From Eledone cirrhosa (Eukaryota), in assembly GCA_964016885.1 (NCBI GenBank), contig OZ024741.1:38316001-38380000 (forward strand): a stretch of DNA of 64,000 bases, given 5' to 3'. The position numbers were made by a program, and so were the translations under genes. Below the pieces are notes generated by a model. The model saw nothing but the letters and a program-made list of their open reading frames with translations, searched no databases and was not told where the DNA came from. Positions 1 through 13,786 of the stretch are shown in pieces (position 1 is the first letter of the stretch; each line of letters starts with the position of its first letter).

Positions 1-2119
1 AGGTTTCTTCTTGAAGAATTTTTTTTCGTCCTACCTTGTTTTCGTTCCTCTTATTTTTCGTCGTCTCGTCTTTGTTGATTATCCTAATTTTATATATGTA
101 AATAAGACCGTTATTGCTCCAACCAGTCTACTAACCCTCAGCAAACACCCTAAACTGAACGCTAACTTATACCCATGACTCTTGCCAAACAAACAGTACA
201 CACCCTCCAAAGTAGTCAGATCATACGTGGACCAGCCATTCTCCCAAACTCTGCTTACGTAACCAGACCACAATAGCCACCTAATGGGGAAGACAGACGT
301 TATTAGGCTATGTATAATTTATTAAGGTAGAGTTAGTCACTTGTTACGTTGGAGATTCTCTTGTGTATTACAGTACTGAATTTACTAGGTTTTAATAAAT
401 TCTTAATCCCTACTATATTGATTACTCGTTCTGGCGTTCATCTATACTAAGCCTGCATACATGCCTACAAGAGAATCACATTTTTTAAAGCACATCACAA
501 TGATACGTATCCACCAGATTACATCAACCAGTCGACCAGCGAAGATCTAAATAGATACTTTCAAAGGCTCGTCCAGCACCATATATGCGTAACAGCGTAA
601 CTCAACGCATTCATACACATGAATAAAACGGCTTCACGCTCTCTGAACCTGAATAAAAAAAAAGAGGAAAGAAAAAATCTGGTAACGCTGTTATAGCAAC
701 CTGATCTTGTACCGAATAGAAGGAAATAAATATCGATTCTTGTATAAGTAAGGAATTAGAGATTTACTAGGGATAAAGTAATATTCATTGCTGTGATCAT
801 ACATATCTTGGTGACATAACTCAGAGAATTTCTAAGTATGAACAGAAGCCTTGCCATACGATTAAGTCAAAGAACATTATCTCCCTTTCCCAATTTTTGT
901 TTAAGCTGGAATTTCCCAAACATTATTTGAACTGCCACCTCTTTTTAGGGAATATATATCATCAGCACCCCCGCCTCAATGTAATGTTGATCAATATATA
1001 TAAATTGAATATTAAATTTTAATGTATTAACAAAAATCTTAAAGCATTTATTAAATAAATTAATAAACATTGTTGTCTCTGATCGAGACGAAGCGAATGT
1101 GTATTTGAATTCATATAAACATGAGAAAATTCATCGCTAGAACAGCCGTTAAAACAGCTAAATTCTGTTAAAGGCAACGATAGGCAAAGATAACCCAGAG
1201 GACCGAGACCAGTGGCCCATGGTCGACAGAAAGACAATCCAAAAGGCAGGTGACAAACAGATGAAATATAGAAAAGATTGAGAGGGGAGGAGGACAAGGA
1301 GAAGTGTGTTGGAGCACAGAAGTAACTGGAATAAGAAAATAAAGAAATAATTTGTATAACAAAAGGCAGTAGTTTTACAAGCAACTATTAATTCCTATTT
1401 AGGTGGCAAATTGGTAGTCTTTAGGGCATCGGATAGACTGCTTTTCATTTCATATTTTAAGTGTCGATAACTAAACTACCAGACCAGCACTGAGATTGAT
1501 TCTACCACCTTCTGGAAGAAATAGGTTATGTTAATACCTGGAGAGGGATGAGCGCCGCGATGTCACCTCTATGACTTCATTAGAAATTAAGGGATCACTG
1601 ATAGTGACTGAGGTTATGGTATTACCTGGAGAGGGATGAACACCACCAGGTTTAAAATATTCGTGATGTCACCTCTATGATTCCATTAGAAATGAAAGGG
1701 TCACTGACACTGACTAATTTGAATAGCATTTTCCTTTACTTTATCACACCTCTTTCCCTTGTCGTACACCCCTTACCACACCAGCCTTCAAGTACCCTCA
1801 TTGAGACATTCAACACCCCTAAAGGGAGCAATAGCAGCGTCCACCTTAGGAATTACTAGTTTAACATTTGTTAAAGCATTTATTGAATAACAAAAGGTGG
1901 CAGAAAGATTCTCTATGCTAAATCAAAGAAGCTTAGTTCTAAAGGGGTTGAATGAATTTGATTAACTCAAACTATTATATTCTGGTACCTATTAAAGTAT
2001 TTTCAAATTGTGAGTGACTTATCAACTCAGACAAATAGTCTTTAATGTAATTCTTAGGCAGTAGAAGTAGCATGATACAATGCGTGAAAAGGACATCTTT
2101 GAATTACAGGTTCAAGTCA

Positions 2120-2275
2120 TCCGACGGGCTTCCATATAGTCTACACCCACCTACTTCCACTCAGAATGATTGGGTTGATACGGAGCTATAGTAAGAGGCA
2201 CAGGCTATTATACCATAACGGGCTATCGAACCTGGGTCCTAAGATTTGCGACGAAAACTTCTTAACCACTTCGCC
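2120..2275 (-). mobile_element. Degenerate tRNA-derived SINE (family differs from the 4.6-5.3 kb SINEs)
   Basis: Minus strand reads ...GTGGTTAAGAAG...CCAGGTTCGAT, an A-box/B-box-like tRNA head. Confidence 0.4.
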
Positions 2276-2323
2276 CCCGTTTGTGCGCGCAGCTCCCTAA
2301 CACTCTCTTTCTTTTTTCCCTCA

Positions 2324-2392
<69 letters not shown>

Positions 2393-3202
2393 GTACATGC
2401 GTTTAGAAACGTGCATATATTATAAATGTATGGTGCCTGTGTGTGTGTTTATATATTTATGCTTGTTTATATGCACGTAGGCGTGTGTATATATATATAT
2501 ATTCATGTGTGTATGTGTATGTGTGACTGTTAATGTTTATATAAAGCTATAAACACAACACAACAACACAGGAGCCAAGCTAAACAAACACATATATAAA
2601 ACCAGATACCAGACGGTAGGTAATTCGTCCATCTTGTAATTTCTAAAACATGTTCGAAACTTTTTTAAAAAATGGCCCAACCCAATAAAATATAAGAATA
2701 TAATTCAAATAAAATTCAAATAAAATCCAAATAAAATTCTGAGGTAAAAAATAAATAAAATAAAACAAAGAAGGAAGGAAGGAATAAGAGAAAGAAAGAA
2801 GGAAAATTAAAATAACAATAACCTTTCTCGACATTTTTTTATATTTGGTAAAGACGAGGAAACACCCTGGAATGTGATAAATGAACGAGGGGGAGACTGA
2901 GTAGAAACAGCAAGATAGGTAGATAAAGAGATAAAGTGTGAGGGAGAGAGAGAGAGAGAAAGATAAGAGAAGGGGAGAGGAGTAGATGGTGAAGCATAAA
3001 GACAGAAGGATATGTTAATGATTGAATAATACACACAAACACACACACAATTGTATGTATGTATGTATGTATGTATGTATGTATGTATGTATGTATGTAT
3101 GCATGCATGTATCCGTGCATGCATGTATGCATGCATGCATACATACATGCTTACATGCATGCATGTATGCATGTATGCATGTATGTATGTATGCATGTAT
3201 GT

Positions 3203-4035
3203 GTTATCTCTTTCTCTTAATTTCGAGTATTTTCTTTTGACCGGCCACCTTCCTGGTGGCAAGGTTGTAAAAGAAAAGAAATTGTCATCCCTTGAATAGC
3301 AAGAATGTTTTGCAAACTTTGAAGGTGCCAGCTATTGCAGCCATTTGTAAACTATGAATTAAGGAGCTGCGCTCTTTGTCCGCAAATCCAAGTTCAGTTA
3401 TACATTGGTCCAAGCGGGTTGGTATATAACCCGTAGCTCCAATAATGATGGGTTTGAAGCTAAAGGTGTATCTTGGATACTAGATTTGTAAACTCCTCAT
3501 CAATGGTCCGTAGATGTCCTCCTTCTCCTGTATTTTTCTGACAACGTTTACATCAAGTGGGCAGCTGATCTCTACAACAGAACACGTTTTCAATGTGTGG
3601 TCCCAAAAAACAATATCAGGCCGGTTGTGCTTTAATTTGGTGGCAGTTTTTATTTTCAGGTTCGACCAGTATTCCTTAGTGTCATCTGTCTCAATATATT
3701 CTTCCTCGTTTGTTTTTAATTTTGTTTTTCGAAGTGCGTTCCAGATGGCTCTAGCTATCCCATCGTGTCTCATGGGGAGGTAGTAGCGAGATGACATTCT
3801 TTCGCAGTTGGCAACAATGTGACTTACATCTTCGATCTTTGTTTTACATAGCCCACATTTATTGTCAACTGACGGCCCTCCTCTTTTGTGCAGCAGATAT
3901 TTGGTAGGGAGTTCTTGTTCTTGTATTGCATAGAGATATCCCTCAAGGTGTGATGTCATAAACTTATGGGAACTCCATGCCAGGCTTTTTGAGTGGTTTA
4001 TCCCCTCTATGGCCTGTGTTTTACGTCTCAAGTAT
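3203..4035 (-). mobile_element. R4/Dong-clade non-LTR retrotransposon 3' fragment (family X, restriction-like endonuclease domain + 3'UTR)
   Basis: ORF 3480-4067 has a CCHC knuckle (CGLC..SHIVANC), RHD, RPDIV and E..P..K..Y RLE motifs. The 3' end abuts (TACA)n. Confidence 0.85.
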
Positions 4036-4290
4036 TCATAGAGAGAGTCGGTTTCTAACATAGACACAAGACTCTCTCATTGGAATTTACACAACATCAA
4101 CTAGATAGATATGTATGTCTGCATGCATGCATGTGTAGATATGGATGTTATTGTATGTGTGGATGTGTATGTTTTGAGTTGTATGTGTGCATGTGTATAT
4201 GCTTTGTATCTGTATATGTGTATATGCAGTTATTAGTTGCAAAACTTTTGGAATGTTTTATATATTTTTACTGTTCCATTAATGGAATGT
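4036..4290 (-). mobile_element. R4/Dong family Y 3' end fused to family X copy
   Basis: Matches 7647-7948 (INGTVK..KTFQ terminus and 3'UTR) and joins the X ORF directly at GTTAGAA. Confidence 0.65.
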
Positions 4291-4472
4291 ATGTATTTAT
4301 GTATGTATGTATGTATGCATTTATGTATGTATGTGTGTATGTATGTATGTATGTCTCGTCTAAGCGCCTGGAAATTAGGTCACAGTTTTGATCCCTCTTA
4401 CAACCTGATCAATATTGGGGTTTGATACCTTACCTAACGCTTTTGTTTAGTGTATAAACACACACATATACA

Positions 4473-4526
<54 letters not shown>

Positions 4527-4631
4527 AATAATCTAATCCAGAGCATCACATTTCCTCCAAATACAGAGAAGGGGGAAGGGTGAAAGTAATATAAAAAGAA
4601 CAACAAACAATCTTAGTATTTATCGACGTTG

Positions 4632-5262
4632 AAATAATGGTTTCTGATTTAGGCACAAGGCCACTAATTTTATTTGGGGGTGGGGTGGTGGGAGTCGTTT
4701 ATATTGATCTCCAGTATGTGACTGGCACTTTATTTTATCGACTCCGTTAGGATGAAAGGCAAAGCTAACCCGGCGGTATCTGAACTCAGAACCCAAAGGG
4801 CCGTAACTCTACACTGCAAAGCATGTTGTCCGACGCTCCACCGTGAAATAATTATTTCTACTTTAGGCACAAAGCTAGCAATTTGAAGGGGAGGGGAAAG
4901 TCGATTAAATCGACCCCAGTACATTACTGGTGCTTTACTTTATAGATCCCGTAAGGATGAAAGGCAAAGCTAACCTCGGCGGGATTTGAACTCAGAACGT
5001 AAAGGGCCGTAACTCTACAGTGCAAATCATCTTGTCCGACGCTCTACCTTGAAATAATAGTTTCTTATATAGGCACAAGGTCAGCAATTTTTTGGGGGGA
5101 GGAAAGTCAATTAAATCGACGCCAGTGCGTGACTGGTACTTTAATTTATCGAGCCCGTAAGAATGAAAGGCAAAGTTAACCTCGGTAGGATTTGAACTCA
5201 GACCGTAAAGAGCCGTAACTCCACGCTGCAAAGCATGCATGTTGTCCGACGCTCTACCTTGA
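4632..5262 (-). mobile_element. Three head-to-tail tRNA-derived SINEs (~205 bp each) with Deu/Nin-like central domain
   Basis: Each unit has a B box (GAGTTCA[A/G]AT) and a GCCTTTCATCC...GATAAA...GTACCAG-like core. Unit boundaries lie at ~4845 and ~5051. Confidence 0.8.
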
Positions 5263-5429
5263 AATAATAAGAGGCACAGCTGATATCGGTAGTATTTGAT
5301 CTCAGCGTGTAAGAGAGCCGCTACAAATATCGCAAATCATTCTATCTGACGTTTTAACGACTGTCAATTTATAGCTTTGAAAGCCATGGTTATTTGGGAA
5401 ATGGGTATAAAACCATTAAGAAATAGCTA

Positions 5430-5628
5430 CCGCATATACTCGAATATAACCGAAGAATATGTGACCAAAAATCCATGGTAAAATGGTGGCATCGTGTTAT
5501 ACACGCCATCTAAACAATGTGTTGATTAGCTGTCTCGGCTTATGAATAGGGTTTGGATTTTTGCCTTAGCAGACATAAATTAAGGTGTCGACTTCTATTC
5601 GGTTCGACTTATATTCGAGTATATACGG
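5430..5628. mobile_element. Tc1/mariner-superfamily MITE (Tc2/pogo-like TIRs)
   Basis: TIRs CCGCATATACTCGAATATAA / TTATATTCGAGTATATACGG, flanked by TA on both sides. Confidence 0.75.
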
Positions 5629-6032
5629 TACATTGGATGATAATTTCTTCCTTATGCCAGAATTGATAGAGTATCAGACAAAATAGTTTGCAGTATTGGG
5701 CTATGTCCCTTTAATTTCTGAGTTCAATTCCTGCCCATAACTAGTTTATTTTCTATCCCTATCCATTAATGACTGATGATATAATTGATTACACCAGAAA
5801 ACAATGTAACAATACTCCTTCAGTTTACTAGACTATGTAACTAATAATAAAATATTACATATTCACTTGCATACATACACACTCACACATGAATATATCC
5901 ATTCACACAGACACATACATGCATATATATTTTTATAGGTGTGTGTGTGTGTGTGTGTGTGTATATAAATATATATATATGAACATACACACACACATAT
6001 ATATATACAAATATACATACATATATATATAC

Positions 6033-6065
<33 letters not shown>

Positions 6066-6097
6066 CATATATACATATATATATATACATATACATA

Positions 6098-6145
<48 letters not shown>

Positions 6146-6164
6146 TATATATATATATTCTATT

Positions 6165-6330
6165 CTAAGGCGGGTAAAATTCCCGAGATCCATGGACGAG
6201 TTCTCTCCAGCGGTCTCTGTCCCTCATTATCGCTGTCATGTCCTGCGTCTCCAACAGACCAGTGTCTGTCCTAAGGGCATCAACATACGTTAACCTTGCT
6301 CTTCCTCTTCTAGTGTGTCCAGAGTTGACA
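6165..6330 (-). mobile_element. Short 3' fragment of the RTE family at 45627-47339
   Basis: Encodes ..[27 protein letters not shown], near-identical to the end of ORF 45579-47339. It lies within TA/CA repeats. Confidence 0.9.
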
Positions 6331-6376
6331 CATATATATATATATATACATATATATGTATATATACATATACATA

Positions 6377-6508
<132 letters not shown>

Positions 6509-6522
6509 TGTATGTATGAATG

Positions 6523-6563
<41 letters not shown>

Positions 6564-6910
6564 TTGATTAGCTAGTTAAAAGCCTGTCTATCTTCTCACC
6601 AGATTTTCTCAAATACACCCTTTTAATGACAACTTGTAACGTATTACTAAAGGAATGCCTGTAAATATTTATACATAAACTGAACACTGTAAACTTTGCC
6701 TATGTCATATTGCTCTTTCTTTTTTACTATCTCTCTTCTCTCTCTCTCCCTCAACATTTCTTCTCTTTCCCTTCTCTCGCGCTCTGTTTGATTTCTTTAC
6801 GGACGCAGGAAAACATCAGACACGCATTATATACGTATCTATGTATGTATGTATGTATGTATGTATGTATGTATGTATGTATGTATGTATATATGTATGT
6901 ATATATGTAT

Positions 6911-7527
6911 GTTATCTCTTTCTCTTAATTTCGAGTATATTTTTTTGACCGGCCACCTTCCTGGTGGCAAGGTTGTAAAAGAAAAGAAATTGCCATCCCT
7001 TGAATCACAAGAATGTTTTGCAAATTTTGAAGGTGCCAGCTATCGCAGCCATTTGTAGACTATGAATTAGGGAGCTGCGCTTTTTTGTCCGCAAATCCAA
7101 GTTCAGTCATACTTTGGTCTAAGCGGGTTGGTATATCACCCGTAGCTCCAATAACGATGGGTATGAAGCTAAAGGTGTATGTTGGATACTGGATTTGTAA
7201 ACTCCTCATCAATGGTCCGTAGATGTCCTCCTTCTCCTGTATTTTTCTGACAACGTTTACATCAAGTGGGCAGCTGATCTCCACAACAGAACACGTATTC
7301 AATATGTGGTCCCAAACAACAATATCAGGCCGGTTGTGCTTTAATTTGGTGGCAGTTTTTATTTTCAGGTTCGACCAGTATTCCTTAGTGCCATCTGTCT
7401 CAATATATTCTTCCTCGTTTGTTGTTAATTTTGTTTTCCGAAGTGCGTTCCAGATAGTTCTAGCTATCCCATCGTGTCTCATGGGGAGGTAGTAGCGAGA
7501 TGACATTCTTTCGCAGCTGGCAACAAT
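6911..7527 (-). mobile_element. R4/Dong family X 3' fragment (copy 2)
   Basis: ORF 7060-7506 has RHD, RPDIV and PIVIGATG, with the same 3'UTR as 3203-3350. It is flanked by (TATG)n on both sides. Confidence 0.85.
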
Positions 7528-7590
7528 GTATGTATGTATGTATGTATGTATGTATGTATGTATGTATGTATGTATGTATGTATGTATGAA

Positions 7591-7623
<33 letters not shown>

Positions 7624-7646
7624 GTGTGTGTATGTATATGTGTATG

Positions 7647-7948
7647 TTCTTTTGGTTTTATAATTTCACAAATTCTAACATAGACACAAGACTCTCTCAT
7701 TGGAATTTACACAACATCAACTAGGTAGATATGTATGTATGCATGTATGTGTAGATATGGATGTTATTGTATGTGTGGATGTGTATGTTTTGAGTTGTAT
7801 GTGTGGATGTGTATATACTGTGTATCTGTACATGTGTATATGTAGTTATTAGATGCACAAGTTTTGGAATGTTTTACATATTTTTACTGTTCCATTAATG
7901 GATTGTACTTGTAATTTCCTAACTAGTTGTGTTTGTAATTTCCTAACT
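7647..7948 (-). mobile_element. R4/Dong family Y 3' fragment
   Basis: C-terminus VRKLQVQSINGTVKICKTFQ plus 3'UTR, flanked by (TATG)n. Confidence 0.65.
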
Positions 7949-8066
7949 ATGTATGTATGTATGTATGTATGTATGTATGTATGTATGTATGTATGTATGT
8001 ATGTATGTATGTATGTATGTATGTATGTATGTATGTGTGTGTGTGTATATATGTATGTATGTATGA

Positions 8067-8797
8067 TTGTTCTCTTTTTCTTAATTTCGAATACATTTCT
8101 GACCGGCCACCTTCCTGGTGGCAAGGTTATAAAAGAAAAGAAATTGTCATCCTTTGAATCGCAAGAATATTTTGCGAATTTTTAAGGTGCCAGATATCGT
8201 GGCTATTTGCGCTCTTTGTCAACAAATCCAAGTTCAGTCATACTTTGGTCCAAGCGGGTTGGTACATAACCTATAGGACCAATAATGATGGGTTTGAAGC
8301 TGAAGGTGTATCTTGGATACTGGATCTGTAAACTCCTCATCAAATGACCGCAGATGTCCATCTTCTCCGGGGTGTTTCCACAGTGGGCAGGTGATCTTTA
8401 CTAAAGAGCACGTTTTCAATGTGTGGTCCGAAACAACAATATCAGGCCGGTTGTGCTTTGATTTGGTAGCAGTTTTCATTTTCAGGTTCCACTAGTATTC
8501 CTTAGTGCCATATATTCCAACATATTTGTTTTTAATTTTGTTTTCCTTAGTGCGCTCCAGATGGTTCTAGCTATCACATCGTGTCTCAGAAAGAGGTAGT
8601 AACGCGGCGAAATTATTTCACAGTTGGCAATTATGTGGCTAACATCTTTGATTTTTATTTTACATAGCCTACGTATATTGTCGACTGATGGCCCTCTTCT
8701 TTTGTATAGTAGATATTTTGAAGGGATTTCCTGTTCCTGTATTGCATAGAGATATCCTTCAATGAGGGGTGTTATAAACTTGCCGGAACTCCATGTC
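8067..8797 (-). mobile_element. R4/Dong family X 3' fragment (copy 3, more diverged)
   Basis: ORFs 8482-8799 and 8234-8479 have EGYLYAIQEQE, RHD and RPDIV, with the same 3'UTR. Confidence 0.8.
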
Positions 8798-8829
8798 AAC
8801 AGACATTATTGATAATGGATTGGGTGTGG

Positions 8830-9200
8830 ATTGGCAGTATCGGTAGAGAGTCGGACGCCATGCTTTCCAGCATAGTTACGTCCTCCCTTTACAGTCTGAG
8901 TTCAAATCCCGCCGCGGTTAACTTTGCCTTTCATCCTTACGGGGTCGATAAAATAAAGTACCAGTAATGTACTGGGTAATTAATGGCCTTGTGCCAAAAG
9001 TAGAAACAATTATTGATAATGGATTGGCAGTATCGGTAGAGGGTCGGACGCTATGCTTTCCAGCAGAGTTACGGCCCTTGCCATTCTGAGTTCAAATCCC
9101 ATAGAGGTTAACTTTGCCTTTCATCCTTACGGGGTCGATAAAATAAAGTACCAGTAATACACTGGCGAATTGCTGGCCTTGTGCCAAACGTAGAAACAAT
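8830..9200 (+). mobile_element. Two tandem tRNA-derived SINEs (same family as 4632-5262)
   Basis: TGGCAGTATCGG A-box-like motif, GAGTTCAAATCC B box and GCCTTTCATCCTTACGGGGTCGATAAAAT core, each present twice. Confidence 0.8.
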
Positions 9201-9219
9201 TATTCATAAATATAGTAGA

Positions 9220-10575
9220 CTAGCTGGCCCGTCCGGTTGGATACGGATAGGTATACCGGCATTTTATCTTTTCAGGAATCCCCCCTCCACTCCAGTGCAA
9301 AGATACCGCACGCCCTCTCATGTCTGCGATGTTGGGGTGGGGGGCTTGGTAGGGGTTAACGAGCTCTGATGTTGGGTTTGAATAGTTTTTAGGATTCCCC
9401 AGTTCAGCAGCCAGTACGTTAAAAAAATTGATAGTTACAACAATAAAGGCTGAACAGAGAACACATTTTTTAACAAACAATACTTTGTACAACCATAATG
9501 GAAATTCAAAGTAACTGAAAATATTTAAATTACATTGTTAGAGCCTCAGAGTATACAATATTTTTGTTCAGCCCTCCGGAGCAAATATGAAGAGATTGTT
9601 TGGCGAGCTCACCCTAGAGCATCCTACATACAATTGCCATGGGAGAATCACTGATCTCGTAGCTCGTCTCGCGGAGAAGCTCTGTAGACGTTGACCTCTG
9701 GACATTCCTGTCAGGAACAGGTAAGCTGTAGTGACTTAGAGGCCTACCACTAATCTCCAGGACACTGTTTTCAAGATAAATGAGCGCGTCCTTGAAAACG
9801 ACATCGTATGTTACGTTCGGATTGTGTCTGCGTGTGCAGTGGAGGATGTTCTCATCTAGACTTTCGCGGTGGTTATTCCACCGTGCGAGAGGGTCGGCGA
9901 GATCACAGTTGTGCAGCATAATAGCTAAAAGTTTTCGCAGGTGAGAAGGGACTTTTGCAGTTGCTGCTTCTTGCAGGGTGAGGTGCCAATGGCTGTCATC
10001 GTATAACATACCACGCATCTAGCAAGCCAAATAGTAAGTGGAACATTGATGGCCATTGATGGTTCTCAGATCTTTTTTTTTGTTTTTGTGTATGCAAAAA
10101 TATCTCTACACGAATATATATATTAAAATAACAGATTAAAGTTTAAGCAAAGGCTTAACCCTGAACAGAATCTTCTGAAACTAAAAAAATCCGTCTGTGA
10201 ACACAGAAATAAATATTTCGAAAAACTTTATTTAATGTAGACAGCCAGACATACAGAGACATAATATAAGGGCGCTACGTTATATCTATGTATCTATCTA
10301 AAAAGACAAACTAAGAAAAAGAGGGGAGTGTTGTGCGACGATAAGAAAAAGTGAGCACTGTCGTATAACCAGAAGTGTTGACATTTGAAATTTTAAAGAA
10401 GTGAATATTTAAATTTCTTTAATCTTTAACAAAATTCAGTAGACAAAAATACCCTCAACTTTTTACTTGGAAAAAGTTACATCTATGGTGCAAATTTGGT
10501 GCTGTTTGCTCCAACTTTTTGGCGGAAAGTTTGTTACATACAGACGGCCGTCGGGCTTTATAGTATATATGTATT
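9220..10575 (-). mobile_element. Internally deleted Helitron remnant
   Basis: ORF 9614-10018 (GML.DD.HW..TLQEA...LRKLLAIML..C) resembles the RepHel linker and is fused to a helicase C-terminus (SHG.LYVGCSRV...TKNIVYSEAL). A 3' hairpin and CTAG lie at 9220-9223. The 5' end is approximate. Confidence 0.75.
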
Positions 10576-10825
10576 TCTATATAGCAATGTGAACTGCGAC
10601 TCAAGGATTAATGATATATTTTGTATATATTTGTGTCGCCAGAGAAGTCAGCAATGATCAAGGAAGAAATGTCCGTACAATGGTGCATCTATATAACCAC
10701 AACAATGGCATATTATATGATAAACAACACACCCTTATAATTAAACCGTTAACAAAATATCTGTATGTTTTAAACGAGAAAGAGAACGACAATTAGAACG
10801 AGAATTTATTTACTTTCAGGCCCAA

Positions 10826-11011
10826 AATAATTATTTCTACTTTTGGCACAGGGCCAGAAATTATCCCAGTGCATTACTGGTACTTTATTTTATCGACCCC
10901 GTAAGGATGAAAGGCAAAGTTAACCTCGGCGGGATTTGAACTCAGACTACAAAGGGCCGAAACTCTTTGCTGCAAAGCATGGCGTCCGGCCCTCTACCGA
11001 TACTGCCAATC
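10826..11011 (-). mobile_element. tRNA-derived SINE copy
   Basis: Reverse complement of the 8830/9023 units. Confidence 0.8.
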
Positions 11012-11842
11012 CGTGTGTGGAATAAGCGGGAGTTTGGAAAAGCGCTAATTGTTCTAGGTCGTATTCGTTGATTAAAAACAAAAAAAATTAGTCATTTAGC
11101 TTACATATTGAGACCCCAAACCATCCTATTTATTTTATAACGTATGGGATTTCTTGTAATATACTTACATTTTTTGTCATGTATAATGTTTTTTAATGTA
11201 AAGGAAATTAATTATCGGAGGTATGTTACCACTTAAAATAAAATTTCGCTGGATATAGATCAGCAAAATTTAATGAGTGGGGGTTGGAATTAGAACTAGA
11301 GGAGAGAGTGAATCGGAAAAATTAATAAATGTGGGGGGGGGGGGGATCATTAGAGAGCCGAGAGTACGCGAAGTTTGAGTCTTAGATACTTTTATACATT
11401 ATACCAGTTATGAGAAAATTCTTCGTATCATGCTTATTGTGGAATTAAATTAAGCTCCAGCATATATTAGCATGAGTCTTCATGTACCGGAATATCATCA
11501 GAGCCACGTACCCCCTGATTATTACTGGAATTCTGTAAGAATCCACCTTCTACAATTTTCGGTGGAAGCAGGAGGTGCCTGGCTCTGATGATCGCCAAAC
11601 AGCATGAAACAGACTGTTAGCTTCTCTCCCTTCTTTAGCCGAAAAGAAGTAAGTGACATAGTCACTACTTTAAAACCGATAGCGTATGGTCTTCTAAATG
11701 TTTTTAATTAAACATACGGTATATTGCCAAATATACTATATATACATTCATGTATACATCGCTATTTCAGAGCACCAATCCTAATATATATATGTATGTA
11801 TAAAGAACGTATGTTTAGAAAACGGCGAGTGGTATTTGAAAA

Positions 11843-12020
11843 TTGAATTGGAAGATTTCGCCGTAATTTTCACTAGATAAACTTGTCGAATAATAACGGG
11901 GCGTATATATCCACTGAACGGGAAAAGAGAGGCATCTTTTCCCGTTCAATGGCTTTATACGCCCCGTTATTATTAGACTCTTTTATTTAGTCAAAGCTAC
12001 GGCGAAATCTTTTAATTCAA
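11843..12020. repeat. Long imperfect palindrome (foldback/MITE-like, ~85 bp arms)
   Basis: TTGAATT..GATTTCGCCGTA..AATAATAACGGGGCGTATA..TGAACGGGAAAAGA-GAGGCA-TCTTTTCCCGTTCA..TATACGCCCCGTTATTATT..TACGGCGAAATC..AATTCAA. Confidence 0.8.
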
Positions 12021-12025
12021 CTGTC

Positions 12026-12888
<863 letters not shown>

Positions 12889-13114
12889 AACAATTAAGTT
12901 AAAAATGTACATCTACATATGCATACTGAAATACTAGTGTGTATATGAATACACACACGTATATATATGTAGGTGTACCAAGTCTTTCACTGGTCGCTTT
13001 ACAGTGAGCGGCCCAGCTATTCTGTATGTAAACACACAGACAAACCAGTTTTTAGAGTCACATTGGTTTTTCGGGGGAACACCTTCCCCCTATTCTCCAG
13101 AAAGCCAGACAAGG

Positions 13115-13159
13115 AATATTGAACTAGTTTCGTTGTTGTTACAACTCATCAGCAATATT
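13115..13159 (-). ncRNA. Minimal type-I hammerhead ribozyme
   Basis: AATATTG-CTGATGA-GTTGT-AACA-ACAAC-GAAAC-TA-GTT^CAATATT, with complete core, 7-bp stem I and palindromic ACTAGT stem III. Confidence 0.85.
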
Positions 13160-13582
13160 TACCTATCTACCGGCCTTTCTGGAGAATTGTAAAAGCACAT
13201 ATCGTTATATGCTTTTTCTATGAAAATTAGTAGTGGGCAGACTAATTTGCATAGAGTGTGAGTACGCACCGGTTCAGCGGAGACGATAAAAACAAATAAC
13301 GAAACGAAATTAAATTTCGTTTCGTTTGTAACTCACTTTTGTATGATTGACGCTTAAACAATTAAGTTAAAAATGTACATCTACATATGCATACTGAAAT
13401 ACTAGTGTGTATATGAATACACACACGTATACATATGTAGGTGTACCAAGTCTTTCACTGGTCGCTTTACAGTGAGCGGCCCAGCTATTCTGTATGTAAA
13501 CACACAGACAAACCGGTTTTTAGAGTCACACTGGTTTTTCGGGGGAACACCTTCCCCCTATTCTCCAGAAAGCCAGACAAGG

Positions 13583-13627
13583 AATATTGAACTAGTTTCG
13601 TTGTTGTTACAACTCATCAGCAATATT
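13583..13627 (-). ncRNA. Minimal type-I hammerhead ribozyme (second tandem copy)
   Basis: Identical to 13115-13159. Confidence 0.85.
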
Positions 13628-13786
13628 TACATTTTTTACATAGATGTACATTTTTAACTTAATTGTTTAAGCGTCAGTCATACAAAAGTGAGTTACAAAC
13701 GAAACGAAATTTAATTGAAATGTTTTGACCAGTATTGGCCCAGGCCATGTCTAACTTAATAGCACCACCTGGCGAAGTCTTTCAAT

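Noticed and set aside
1-461. Possible LTR remnant (AATAAA, ends in ..TACA)
   Set aside because: No partner LTR, PBS/PPT or internal domain is present in the window.
1535-1715. ~88-bp local tandem duplication
   Set aside because: Two diverged copies with no structure or family link; it is not a CRISPR-like array.
13004-13192. 62-aa ORF repeated in family A units
   Set aside because: It is antisense to the ribozyme, starts at GTG, and its frame is not kept across subfamilies.
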